A DNA stretch of 64,000 nucleotides from Bispira polyomma. Its lineage: Eukaryota. The DNA lies in contig OZ287756.1 of the NCBI GenBank assembly GCA_965649765.1, positions 63,860,001 to 63,924,000 on the forward strand. The letters are read 5' to 3'. The position numbers and the translations under genes were made by a program. Below, piece after piece: positions 40,701 to 51,407 of this stretch (the stretch's first letter is position 1; each line of letters starts with the position of its first letter). The notes under the pieces were generated by a model. It saw only the letters and a list, made by a program, of their open reading frames with translations. It ran no database searches and had not been told where the DNA came from.

Positions 40701-43700
40701 CCTTTTTTGGTCTAAAATAGAAAAATTATTTGCATCATTGCTGTTTTCCAGCTGCTGTATATCTTCAACTAATAATTTTTCTTTTATGCAGTCTTTTCTT
40801 TTTAGATTTGAAGCAAATTTTACAGTAGCTCCTCTAATTCCTAACAACATAACTTCCAAGAAGGTTCTAATTGATATAGTAAACTGAACATTCTCATTCT
40901 CAGGGTTATCAATATATTCAGGACTATATACGGGTACCATATACTGTAATCTTATGTTTTCTATGACCTTGTTTATTGTTTTGATATAATCATGGTTTTG
41001 TAAGAGACTGCAGTTTAGAGACCATATTCCTTTACCTCTTGTAAATCTATTAATTACAATACTAAGTTCTAGGATCGAGTGGTCACTTCGATATCCTGGC
41101 TTTATTTTACAAGTATCAACAAGGTCTATTAGTGGGTTTGACAAGATAAAATAATCTAAACGGGCTTGCTTAAAGGGGTTTTTTTTTCTCCATGTATACG
41201 TTTTACTTTCTGGTTGAAGATGTCTAAAGACGTCTATTAAGTTGTACATACTTATAGTTTCCTTAAACACCTCTCTTGCCTTTGGCTTATTAATGCTGAC
41301 ATAATTGCACGAGTCCAAATTGGGATTCAAAACTAGATTAAAATCTCCACATACTACTAAGTGTGTTTCAGTATTATCTTGTATAAATTCCCTTACCTTG
41401 CGAAAAAATGATGGATTGTCTGAATTTGGAGCATACAGATTGATGAGGCGCATTGATATATCATTTAGATCTAAATCTAACACAATTAGGTTCCCTGATA
41501 AATCTTTTTGTACATTTTTAATTTTGTATTCAAAGGTATTTTTAAGCAATATTGCTACACCGCGAGAACTTGTCTTAATACAATGTACAATAGTCTCACA
41601 TTTTGAATAATTACGCAAAATATTTTCATCTTTTGAAGTAAGGTGGGTATCCTGTAAACAAATTATGTTACAATTAGATTTGATCAAATACTGAGCAACA
41701 TCATATCTTTTCTTTTTATCCTGTATCCCTTGAACTTTTGCTGATGACACATTTAGATTATCACTAGAAGAAACCATTTGACATGTTTCTCAATTTGACA
41801 CATTTTAGAACAATACCACAGTACAGAGTCCTGTTTAAGATGTTAGAAGTAAAAGTACATGCATATTTTATAGTCATCAAATAATGATATCTTAGGAGTA
41901 TGTAACAGCTAAGTACAAAAATGGGAACCGTTTGGTACACACAACAATATACAGAACAAAAATGAAACAAGAAAAAAAAAGTAAATACAAAAAATATATA
42001 CATGACAGCGATAGCTGGCAGTATCTACGGTTTTTGATGTGGATAAGCACCTTGTTAAATGTTTGTTGTATAAACCATTGTGGCATCATTATGTTATATC
42101 TGATATATCTACATGTATATATTTTTGGAACAATAATACACATATACATATATATACCTAAACATACTTTTTAGTGGACTTATGATTTACTTACCTATTA
42201 GTGTATTCTGTAATAAATTCTCTTTTACTGTATTAATCCAATAGAAATACTCCATATCAAACTACATAACTATGTCACTTGGTTTAACACTATCCATGCA
42301 TTTATCATCATACAAGTAAGTACATGTTTATCTGATGAAACTCCAAATCTTGAAAATAATATAAAAAATAGTGGTTTCAAAAATATTTGTGAGTATTACT
42401 TTTTGGAAGAATAAAACATGCATCAGCATATCCTACAAACTAGACTAAAAACACACAAAACACACTGCCGAAAGTGTGACACACTGTGACTTTTAATATC
42501 ATTGAATGTGTACTTGTTTGTGTATTGGGTGACACAAAGAAAACCTATTGGTATTTGCAACCCACTTTTCATTGAGATTTGTTCTTGGAAATTTGTATAA
42601 AAAAAATATATAATCATAGGGAGTCTGTGTATTTGACCCCTTTTAGGGTTGATAGTAAAGGTTTACAAGGTGGGAGAATGGACAGAGGCTTTAGTCTAAT
42701 TAAATCTACACATTTAAAGATACATTATATAATTTGTATTGAGTCTACATTTATGATACACACATTTGGGATTATATATAATCTAACATTAAAAGGAGAC
42801 TTTTAAATAATAAATTTTAGTTTATCATAAATACATTATACATATATAAATACCATTATTGTCATATCAGTTATTCAAAGAGTTTTTTCTGTGAGTGTAA
42901 AAGGTCTAGTTGGTTTTAATTTCCTCCCTAATTCTCCCCATAATTAATTTCCCCATAATGTTTTTGCCTTTCCATTTAGCCTGGTCCCACAGTTCAGAGT
43001 CTCGAAGTGAGAACCTACATCCCCAAAAGTTATCGGTTGGGCTAGCCTCTGCGATAACAGTGCTTCCTGTTTTTAGAAGTGCTTTTGCTAGTGCATCGTT
43101 TTGGGTGAATTTGGATTTCAAACCTTTATATGCTATTTCTTCAGACCTTTCCAACCACACTCCCTTATTATATCCATGTATCTGTTTTCCTAGTCTTTTC
43201 TGCTTAACTGGGTCTTGCTCCTGTACTAATAAGGTCACTGATTCTTGGTCGTCAAATACTCTGGCCTTTTCTATCATCAGATATTGTTCAATACAGTTAA
43301 ATAATTCACCGTTCACTTTAAACTTACATGGGTGGTGGTTTGAAAGTGGGCTATCACAACCAAAGAAAGCTGTGATTTCATTTTGAGACGGCGTGCAGAT
43401 TGAAGTGGGTTGAAGAACAGATGGGAGTTTCCCAATGTACTCAACTGTGAATTTTTCTCCATTAAGTATCAGGAGATCCCCGACTAATTTAACGTTAGGT
43501 CTATGTCTGGGGTTTGAGGGGTTCTGTAGGTGCTTCAGTGCAGCTCTGTATATGGGATACAGACGCCTTCTATTCTGATCTGTTTCTAGTTGAAAGTCGT
43601 CTGCTGTGGTTACCCTACTTGCATTGTACTGTAAGTTGCGTAGGCTTGTGATTTTTATCTTATCTTTAAAATGGTGCACTTTTGCTAGAATGGGTCTTGT

Positions 43701-46091
43701 TTTTCCTGGAATTTTCGGTCCTACTCTGTGAACCCTTTCGAATGTTCTGTCATTTACACAATATATCAAGGGTTTCAGCAAGTTAACGAGAGTGTCTTCA
43801 CAACATTCTTGCGCACTTTCTTGGATGCCAAAGAAACGGAGGTTATTTTTTCTTTGGTGGGTTTTGTTTTTGAGAAGTCTTCTTCGTAAGGCAGTATTTT
43901 CTTTTTGTAAGGATTCTACCTGTTCAGATAAGGTCTTCATGGACGGAATGAAGACACCCTGTTCTAGTTTATCAAACCGTTTACTGAGGGGCTCTATAAT
44001 GTCATGATTTGATTCCTTAATTTCCTCTTTAAGAGTGTCAACTGCTTTCTTTATGGAAGTATTGATTAAGGACAAAATTTCACTGGAGGTGTAATTGGCC
44101 ACTGGGCTTTTGTCTACTTCCTCGAATTTCCTCACTTTACTTGTTACTGGGGTTGACATGTTTGTTTACACTTGTGCACAGTACAGTGTATGGCTGATCA
44201 CTTATCTTTTACTATTTTTATTGTGTACATTGTTGTAGACATCTACCCAGAAATAATTTTATTTATATACATTTTAACAGTGGAACAATATTCGTTTACC
44301 ATTGCAAATATTGTACTACATGATATAATTATGTCATACCTCTTTTTATTGTTGTCTCTTGGCCATTTAGATGATAATGAATTCATTCAAAAAGCCAGAG
44401 CCGAGAGGTTACAAACATTTTGTAAGAAGTGGAGTGCTGACCATACAAACAATAAGTCTACACTAGCTGAGAAGAATGTAATGATTGATGACACAAACAA
44501 GATCTTATTATTGTCCATTCCCAAAACAGGCTGTACAGTGTGGAGGTGGACCATCTACAACAGCACAGCCAAAGTGACAACAGATTTTGAAGATGGTCAA
44601 AAGCTCCATTTTATTCACACCAAAAGTTTTCTGCGGTCTCAAGGCTTCCGAATATTCCTCAAGATGCCAGAACAAGAAAAGACTAAACTGCTAGACCATT
44701 ACTTTACGATTTTAACTGTGAGACATCCTCTCGACAGACTAGAATCGGCCTATGTTGATAAGTTTGTTAACCACAGAAGTGAAAATGAAAATTTTCGGGC
44801 AGCAGTAATACAACACAAGATGAATAGTGAAGGTCAGTTGGATAACTCCAAAGTAGACCTGACTATAAATGTTACTTTTGAGGACTTCTTGTCATATGTT
44901 CTGGTCAGCTTTAATGGTCACTGGAACAGTGTCATGAATCTAGCCATGCCTTGTATGGTAAACTACAAGTAAGTAATCCTCTATTTTACCACTAATAAGT
45001 AGGGTTGTTGGCAATATCTTTTAAAACTGTGTTAAGTATTTGAATCCCAAAGTGTAAAAATCTATTGTTCTTGCCTCTAATGTTAGAACTGCTGGCGACA
45101 TGTGGTCTTTGTGTCAGTTATTCTACAGCTTTAATGGACATTCAACAAAAAATTTAGAAAATATGTAGAGGAATGTAATATAAAGCTGATTTGAAAGTAG
45201 AGATAAACACCAACAGTTAACGTGTTTTACACATAATCACAATATGAGTATACTTATTTCTATTATGAATAACGATTTACAAATATACACCAATTGAGTC
45301 CTACATTTTGTGGAATGTTACTGCTATTCCTTGGCATAAATATTTTCCTATTACAAAAGATTGCATCTCATCTAAACCATAGTGTTATTTGTGACCTATT
45401 TTTAGTGATACAGTATTTATCATTTCTCTGGTTAGTTCTTGAATTGGCAGTAATATTTCTAAGTCACTGTCTCTTTTTTAAAAATCTCTTAAAGGTTAAA
45501 TTACTACTGCACTAAACTCATTTTACATACTTTCGGCAAATTGTTTGTGTTACTGACCTGTAATCTTTTCCAGTGTTCCCTAAACATTAAAAAAATGTAA
45601 TAGACTACTAGGGCTTATCTTTTGGTGTCCACTTTTACTACATTGCTCAACGGGTAAACAAACTGGTATTTATAACCCCTTTATGTTCAGGTAATTTTTT
45701 GTGATGTACTATTGATTTATACAAATCCTAAACCACTCTTTCAAGTGAAAATTTTATCTAATGCTCTGTGTTGTTTAAATATGAATATTCCAGATATATC
45801 TCCAAGACAGAGACCTTGAATAACGACCTTGAATACATTATAAGATCCAGACTTTCTGGAAATGGGCAACCTCAATCCTTCAACACCAACCGAGACTCCA
45901 GTCCAATTACCCTCCACCAAGGCAGACTTTTGACTGTGTTCTCTGAGCTTAAAGATCCACAGAAGTGGATTAAGCAATTAATGGATATTTTCCAGGATGA
46001 CATGAACATGTTTGGATATTCATATTCAGTACAGAAAGGCAAGGTGTATGCACACTGCACTTCATATTACAAAGAGACTATTTGTATTTGA
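25738..46091 (+). CDS. Carbohydrate sulfotransferase (Sulfotransfer_2), paralog 3, ~363 aa, with transposon-expanded introns
   Basis: Predicted exons 25738-25861 (TM; homologous to 2481-2589), 36504-36575 (homologous to 3312-3383), 44371-44968, 45794-46091. Exon lengths 72/598/298 match paralog 1. Motifs SIPKTGCTVWR and VRHPLDRLESAYVDK. Confidence 0.85.
26073..26221 (+). repeat. 149-bp direct repeat, left copy
   Basis: Matches 35486-35634 with one visible mismatch. Confidence 0.95.
27020..28480 (-). mobile_element. Degraded L1/Tx1 ORF2 (endonuclease plus RT start); inverted copy of ~47540-49000
   Basis: AHGTNHGKGV, DKDGRFIL, IILGGDCN, GFWKFNCS, RPISLLNVDKK, YIDFEK. Confidence 0.75.
29211..30420 (-). 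mobile_element. Degraded non-LTR RT region of the LINE that hosts the family A YR element
   Basis: VPSHWSKAILTPILK, YKGVSLL, EQNGFRKGKSCENH, QGDNLSPALF, DYCSGIWG. Confidence 0.75.
31560..32571 (-). pseudogene. Tyrosine recombinase of family A, copy 1 (frameshift plus stop)
   Basis: FLRISKL, KWAKT, HTFQRSGAT, GTWTSDCVWKY. Confidence 0.88.
32559..35078 (-). pseudogene. Pol (RT-RNase H) of the family A element, ~840 codons with one premature TAA at 34431-34433
   Basis: ORFs 34431-35078 and 32559-34031 share a frame and the 133 intervening codons are open. RT motifs RVIIDLS, KIDISRAFRH, LPFGFRHG, YIDD; RNase H motifs LDAC, HLEMLN, CDN, NHVADLLSR. Confidence 0.88.
35486..35634 (+). repeat. 149-bp direct repeat, right copy
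   Basis: Matches 26073-26221. Confidence 0.95.
35550..36012 (+). mobile_element. 5'-truncated L2 LINE with (TACAA)n tail; a related tail lies at 57005-57080 (-)
   Basis: LHWLPIHCR..LFKMHVTIFKAVVSQQPHYL...GFRAFSVVAP...NSLP...YLFRLAYP; tail gcatcaataaggcgcgttaaaaatgca. Confidence 0.8.
38132..41777 (-). pseudogene. L1/Tx1 ORF2 (APE endonuclease, RT, CCHC domain), broken into three ORFs
   Basis: CLQDTH, NLYAPN, GDFN, RLDYF, SDHS; PGIDG, WRPISLL, DFEKAFD, QGDPVSP, YADD; CSFCKSLPETIIHLFAEC. Frameshifts near 39500 and 39170. Confidence 0.92.
42906..44159 (-). CDS. LINE ORF1p (coiled coil, RRM, CTD) fused to a C-terminal NADAR/YbiA-like domain, 417 aa
   Basis: ORF1 motifs RKNNLRFFGIQE, FERVHRVG..RPILAK, DDF...NRRRL, LLILNG. 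NADAR motifs from ~aa 265: FFG.DSPLSNHHP, EQYLMIEKA..F.D, P..QKRLGK, SKFTQN..L...LLKTG, AEASPTDNFWG, WKGKNIMG. Confidence 0.88.
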   Translation of the reverse strand: MSTPVTSKVRKFEEVDKSPVANYTSSEILSLINTSIKKAVDTLKEEIKESNHDIIEPLSKRFDKLEQGVFIPSMKTLSEQVESLQKENTALRRRLLKNKTHQRKNNLRFFGIQESAQECCEDTLVNLLKPLIYCVNDRTFERVHRVGPKIPGKTRPILAKVHHFKDKIKITSLRNLQYNASRVTTADDFQLETDQNRRRLYPIYRAALKHLQNPSNPRHRPNVKLVGDLLILNGEKFTVEYIGKLPSVLQPTSICTPSQNEITAFFGCDSPLSNHHPCKFKVNGELFNCIEQYLMIEKARVFDDQESVTLLVQEQDPVKQKRLGKQIHGYNKGVWLERSEEIAYKGLKSKFTQNDALAKALLKTGSTVIAEASPTDNFWGCRFSLRDSELWDQAKWKGKNIMGKLIMGRIREEIKTN

Positions 46092-46157
46092 AGAGATAGA
46101 TTATATATGTCTCAATAGAGTCAATTTCTTAGCTGTAGGCAATCTGTTTTAAAATTT

Positions 46158-46162
<5 letters not shown>

Positions 46163-46198
<36 letters not shown>
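46163..46198. repeat. (TA)n microsatellite just downstream of paralog 3
   Basis: Directly visible. Confidence 0.9.
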
Positions 46199-46201
<3 letters not shown>

Positions 46202-47539
46202 TGCAAAGATAAAAATGATCATAAAAGATGGATTTCAATACATACGTTGATTTGTCAGAGGTATTTTGTATGTAGTGTCAATTTTCATGGTAACCTGCTC
46301 TTCTGCAGAGACAACCTGGGTAAACGTTTAATGAACTTGATGTTTCTGTTATGTAATTGACTTACTTAGCAATAACCACGATCTGTGTTTGGCCTGAACC
46401 TGGGATAAAAACATGGTGATTCACTGTAGTAGGGTCCTGTTCCCATGGCATTCTGTGGGTACTACAAGAACAACCTAATGCAGATTAAATTTCATTTAGG
46501 TTTTTCTGGTTGGTTGAAATGGTTGTCTAATCACTCAGTTGCCATTTCATCAGTTCTAGTTCATGTATGCTTCTAGGGATTCAATTACAAGGTCGGATAT
46601 TATCAATCTTAATACATGTAGTTAAAACAAGTAACTTTTTTACTTAATACAAATTTTGATTTGAAGTCACAAATACTAGAATGAATATTTTCAAAAGTTT
46701 GAAACAGACATACATTATAGATACTTCCCTTTCTGGAACATATACTGCCTTCAAAATGAAAAACTAAATTAAGTAACGACATTGTTTTTTAAAATAAAGG
46801 TATTGACTCTTTTGGTGAATTGTTGACTTCTATAGCCAGATGCATTCAATTCCAATGGGACAAAGTTACAGCATACACAAAAGCAGGTTATGTTAGGCAC
46901 AAATGTGCAGAATTGTTTTTTTTTTAATTTTTAAATGTCAACAATTTAAAAAGATTCATTTTCCCGAACAATACTTATCCCAAAATAGTTATTTATCTTT
47001 ATGAACAATTTATTAGATAACCATGAGTAATCAAAATTATGGATAAACGAAAGAAACTACAATAAGAGATGTTTACTGTAAAATTTTTAAAACAGTACTT
47101 CCAACAAACAGACATACAGTTGTCATTTTTGAAATAGTAAAGGTTAAGTAAATAGCCACTTTAATGTTTATAACATCTGACTAGAACTATCTTCAAATCA
47201 TCTCAGGATAAGCGAATTTGAGATTTAACATAAAAAAGATAATTTAAACATAAACTTAATTATTGATATATGGAGAACATTTTTTATTAAGAACTTAAGT
47301 TCTCAGAAGCCTCTTAAAACAGGCTTTTGTGTTATATGTTTTTTGGTGGTTTTTCTCCTCACTTTTAGGGTTGAAAAATATTATTGTTGTAATTTTTTTG
47401 GTCTACTTATATGTGGTATTTTGTACTGTGTATTTGTGTACAGGACTAAATTATTGTTTTATAAAACTAGTGTTGTGTGTATTGGAATTGCCTATGACAT
47501 TTCATTCATGTCATGAAATGTACAAAGTATTAATGATTA

Positions 47540-49000
47540 AATTAAAAAGAAATCTGTTATCAGATTTATAAAAGATACACATTTGGATGTAATATTACTT
47601 CATGAAACCTACAATAAGGAAGAAGTTCTTTTGAGTTCAGATGGACAAATGAATGGGGTAATTATATCATTTATGCTCATGGTACAAATCATGGCAAAGG
47701 GGTAATGGTATTATTAAAAAGAGTTATTGATGTTGAAATTTAGAGTTGTTATGAAGATAAAGATGGACGGTTCATTTTATGTGTTTTAACTTTAAATGAC
47801 AAATTATATTGTTATCAACATACATGCCCCGGATAAGCAAAAGGATCAAGTTTAATTTTGAAGGATTTCAGTGTTTCCCCCCAGATACAAAATATAAATG
47901 TAGATAAAAAAATTATACTGGGAGGTGATTGTAATGTCATGCAAATGTTTAGCTAAACAGGGTCCCTTGAATTCTTCAACAAAATTAAAGTACAATATGA
48001 CATGCAAGATATTTGGAGACTATTAAACCATGTTAGTAAAGGGTTTACATGGCGACAAAAATGGCCTATAATTCAATGTAAGTAAGACTTCTGGTTAAAC
48101 TAAACCAATATTTAGGATATAGTTACAATGGTTGATATCACATATGGTGTTTTTCTGATCATTCGATTATAATAATTGAAACTTTAAGATATAGTAGAAA
48201 AAACAAGGTGGTAATGGATTTTGGAAGTTCAATTGTTCTTTGTTCTTTATTGGATGATTGGGACTTTATAAATCAGATTTCAAATGCTATAAATGTGTAG
48301 AGTAAGAAGTACAAAAACATTGAAGATAATAGAATTTTGTGGGACATTATAAACTAAGAAATCAGGAAGTTTACTCTAAATCAAACCTCTAAAAAGAAAC
48401 AAAAAATTACAAACACTGAAACAGAACTAATAAGAAAATTAAATGAAATTGAACTCAAATTGGAGCAAAATCCATTGCCACACCTTGTTGTAAATTAGGC
48501 TAAAGTTTGTGGTACTGATTCGTAAAACTATGCATTTGAATATGGTAAACTTTCTGTGGCTGTGTCAAGCTATTATTACATTGACTGAAAAAAGACTAAG
48601 ACTAAAAAAATAAAATTTTCGTCCAATCTCGTTATTAAATGTAGATAAAAAATTAGATTAAAGGCACCCTTTTACAACTGAAAAATGTTTTGCCATATAT
48701 TATCAATGAAGATTAAACATGGCTTGTTAGAAAGAGCAATATATTTGATAGTATCTAAATTATACAAAATTTGATGGACTACACAAAACAAAACAATTTA
48801 GAAGGAATTTTGCTTTATATTGATTTTGAAAAAACAATGGACAGCATTGTAGATTTTTGCATTAAGCTGTGAAAAATATTAAATTTTGGACCCAAATTGA
48901 TACAATGGATGAAATGTTTTTAATAAATATAATAATATTTCTAGTTTTATAATTAAAATTGGAAAAACATTGATTCAGGAAGGTGCTAGAATTCCAGATA
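47540..49000 (+). mobile_element. Degraded L1/Tx1 ORF2 fragment (donor copy)
   Basis: Same endonuclease and RT remnants as 27020-28480. Confidence 0.75.
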
Positions 49001-49831
49001 TGCAAACAGTTAGGGCCAAACAGCTAACTAGTAGAAATTGATACCCTGGACTTGTAAAATTGTGTTAGAGACAATCTTTGACAAAATTTTACATTTAAGA
49101 AATAAAAGAAACCTGACTGACCACCGAGAATTTCGAAGAGTTTTTCTGAGGTCCTCCAAACCCCATGGTGAACGTCTAGCAGAGTTAAATTTTGGTACAC
49201 TTTTACACTAGCTCCTAAATGGAATATCGCACAAGAGCCAAAATATTAAATGTTAATGGTTGGACTTTGTCAAATAATAACCTGTGGAAGGCCATTAGAA
49301 AATATTTAAATAAAGACAGTGTATGTATTATTATGAGAGATAGACCCGCAAGGGCTAGCCAGATCAGTGCTGCCAGTAATTTGTTTAGTCCAGGGTCTTA
49401 ACCCCTAAGCTAATTGGTGAACTTTGCACTAATTGACCCCTGTCTTCCCGCCGTTTTTGTTGGGATATCACTTTTAGTATTGAAGTCCAAAGGGCGACAC
49501 CGCCATTTTTATTTTTTACTTTATTTTGTTTGTGATTTTAATTTTCGTTAAGTCTCTGGAACTATTCATGTTGTGCTATCTAACTATATTTGGGATTGAT
49601 CACACAGACGTTCTGGACACTATAGATGAAGTCACGACTACAGTGGTGTTTTGTACTCATACTTTGAGTCTTGTGTATATGCTTGCTTGAAATCTGATAA
49701 AGGGACATATCCCCTCATTATACTAGCATATTAAGATCTAGTCTACTAATATATCTCTACATCTAAATTAATAGTCAATAGTATATACACAGGTATCAAA
49801 ACGCGAGTGTTTTTATATTATTCAAAGAAAA

Positions 49832-50695
49832 ATGGCTCCGAGAAAAACATATGATTGCCTTAAATGTGGCACAAACCATCAGAAACCTATCGACAGTAAC
49901 TGTAAATTAGCTACACTGCTTGCTGACGACGAGGATGTGCCGAACTCTGCTTCGACTAGTGAAAATCAAAGTCCTGGTGATATTAATATCCAGATACTAA
50001 ATGAACTACGTGCTCTAAGTGGTCGAATGACCAAAGTGGAACGCCAGGTAATTCACAGTCAGCATGGAGCCCCGACTTCTCCAAGTCGGGGGACATCTGT
50101 AATGACCAGTCCTGCACCCCGACCTGCTGCACTGCTGCCTGATCCGGAAGATGTCCTCGTACCCACCATAGACACACTTAGATCCTCACAGAGCCTACAG
50201 ACTGCCGTGGACACACGTCTCAAGGAGTTAGCTATGATAAATGAGACAGGTACGTTCAAGTCCCAGAGGGGGGGTAGTGATACGGTCTGGGTGAGGAAAC
50301 TGGTCCCTTGGCAACAGAACTTTATTCTAGGTGGACATAGTAAATCTAGTCTCTCGTATGACTCATTAACAATGCCCCAATGGGTCGCTGGTTTTTCAAA
50401 CATCATTAGAGAAGAAAGTAATGTTGCAACCAAAAATTTAATGTATTTATCAGACCTCATGGAGGACGCTCATGACTTCTCCTGGAGTGTGGCCAAGGGA
50501 AGTCATGCAGTTCTATCCTGTAAAATGGAAGAGGGGAAGGTGTCATGGGACGAATCCCATAAACTTGACAGAATTAGGCGGACTCATGCCCAGAGGGTAA
50601 CTAATTCCAGCCAAAACTCTAGTCAAACACAAGGCCGCTCCAGGAAAGTCATGACACGGAAAACTTTACTGTATCACTGCCCCAAGAAAAACTAG
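49832..50695 (+). CDS. Gag-like ORF1 of the family A element (C-terminus lost by deletion)
   Basis: N-terminal C-x2-C-x3-H-x6-C, FKSQRGG, W.QNFIL, QWVAGF..II, YLSDLMEDAHDFSW..AK..HAVL; homologous to 61694-62464. Confidence 0.8.
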   Translation: MAPRKTYDCLKCGTNHQKPIDSNCKLATLLADDEDVPNSASTSENQSPGDINIQILNELRALSGRMTKVERQVIHSQHGAPTSPSRGTSVMTSPAPRPAALLPDPEDVLVPTIDTLRSSQSLQTAVDTRLKELAMINETGTFKSQRGGSDTVWVRKLVPWQQNFILGGHSKSSLSYDSLTMPQWVAGFSNIIREESNVATKNLMYLSDLMEDAHDFSWSVAKGSHAVLSCKMEEGKVSWDESHKLDRIRRTHAQRVTNSSQNSSQTQGRSRKVMTRKTLLYHCPKKN

Positions 50696-51407
50696 CAGAA
50701 ACCATCTCCCTAGTTAAAGATTGGCAGAAAAAACCAAGTTGTACCAAACGGGAACTCCAATCACTTCTAGGTAAACTACTGTATGTTTCAAAGTGTGTCA
50801 GAGTATCACGTGTCTTCATAAACCGTATGTTAGACGTCCTTAGAGTAGCAGGTAATAGCAAAAAAATCACACTCACAACTGAATTTAGACAAGATATCAA
50901 CTGGTTCAATAAATTTCTGCCTGTGTTCAATGGAACTGCATTCTTCGAGCATGACCCAACCACTGACTGCATCCAATTGGATGCTTGTCTTGAAGGACTC
51001 GGGGGCAGGTGTAATGACCAAGTATATGAGTATTCCCTTCCCCTGGGCTACCTTGACTTTATTATTGTGCATTTAGAAATGCTCAACATATTATTAGCTG
51101 TACGGGCCTGGAAGTCCCTATGGGCAGGCAAAAGACTGGTAATTCAGTGTGATAATGCAGCAGTCGTAACAATCTTGGGTTCGGGTAGAACTAAAGACTT
51201 AACACTCGCAGCTATAGCCAGAAACATCTTTATGGAAATAGCTGCTGTTGACATCAGCTTAAGAACCATTCACATTCTAGGTAGAGATAATCATGTGGCA
51301 GATTTGCTGTCCAGATGGAAACTGACCCAGGATAGAAATAAAAAACTTACAAGCCTAGTCCCTAATCGACAATGGGTAAAAGTCAGTAATAGTATGCTTA
51401 AAATAGA

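Larger units (their letters stand above)
37648..44175 (-). mobile_element. Near full-length L1/Tx1-clade LINE (ORF1-NADAR, ~1.1-kb spacer, ORF2, 3'UTR), antisense in a sulfotransferase intron
   Basis: ORF1 and ORF2 on the same strand; AATAAA and A-run at ~37648-37673 on the minus strand. No TSD found, so the ends are approximate. Confidence 0.88.

Noticed and set aside
42906-43375. NADAR as bacterial contamination or a stand-alone ybiA gene
   Set aside because: It is in frame with LINE ORF1 motifs and lies inside an intron of a spliced gene.
49459-49485. Inverted terminal repeat of family A (gttgggatat vs atatccccac at 52830)
   Set aside because: The match is short, and similarity to family B extends upstream to ~49335, so it is not the terminus.
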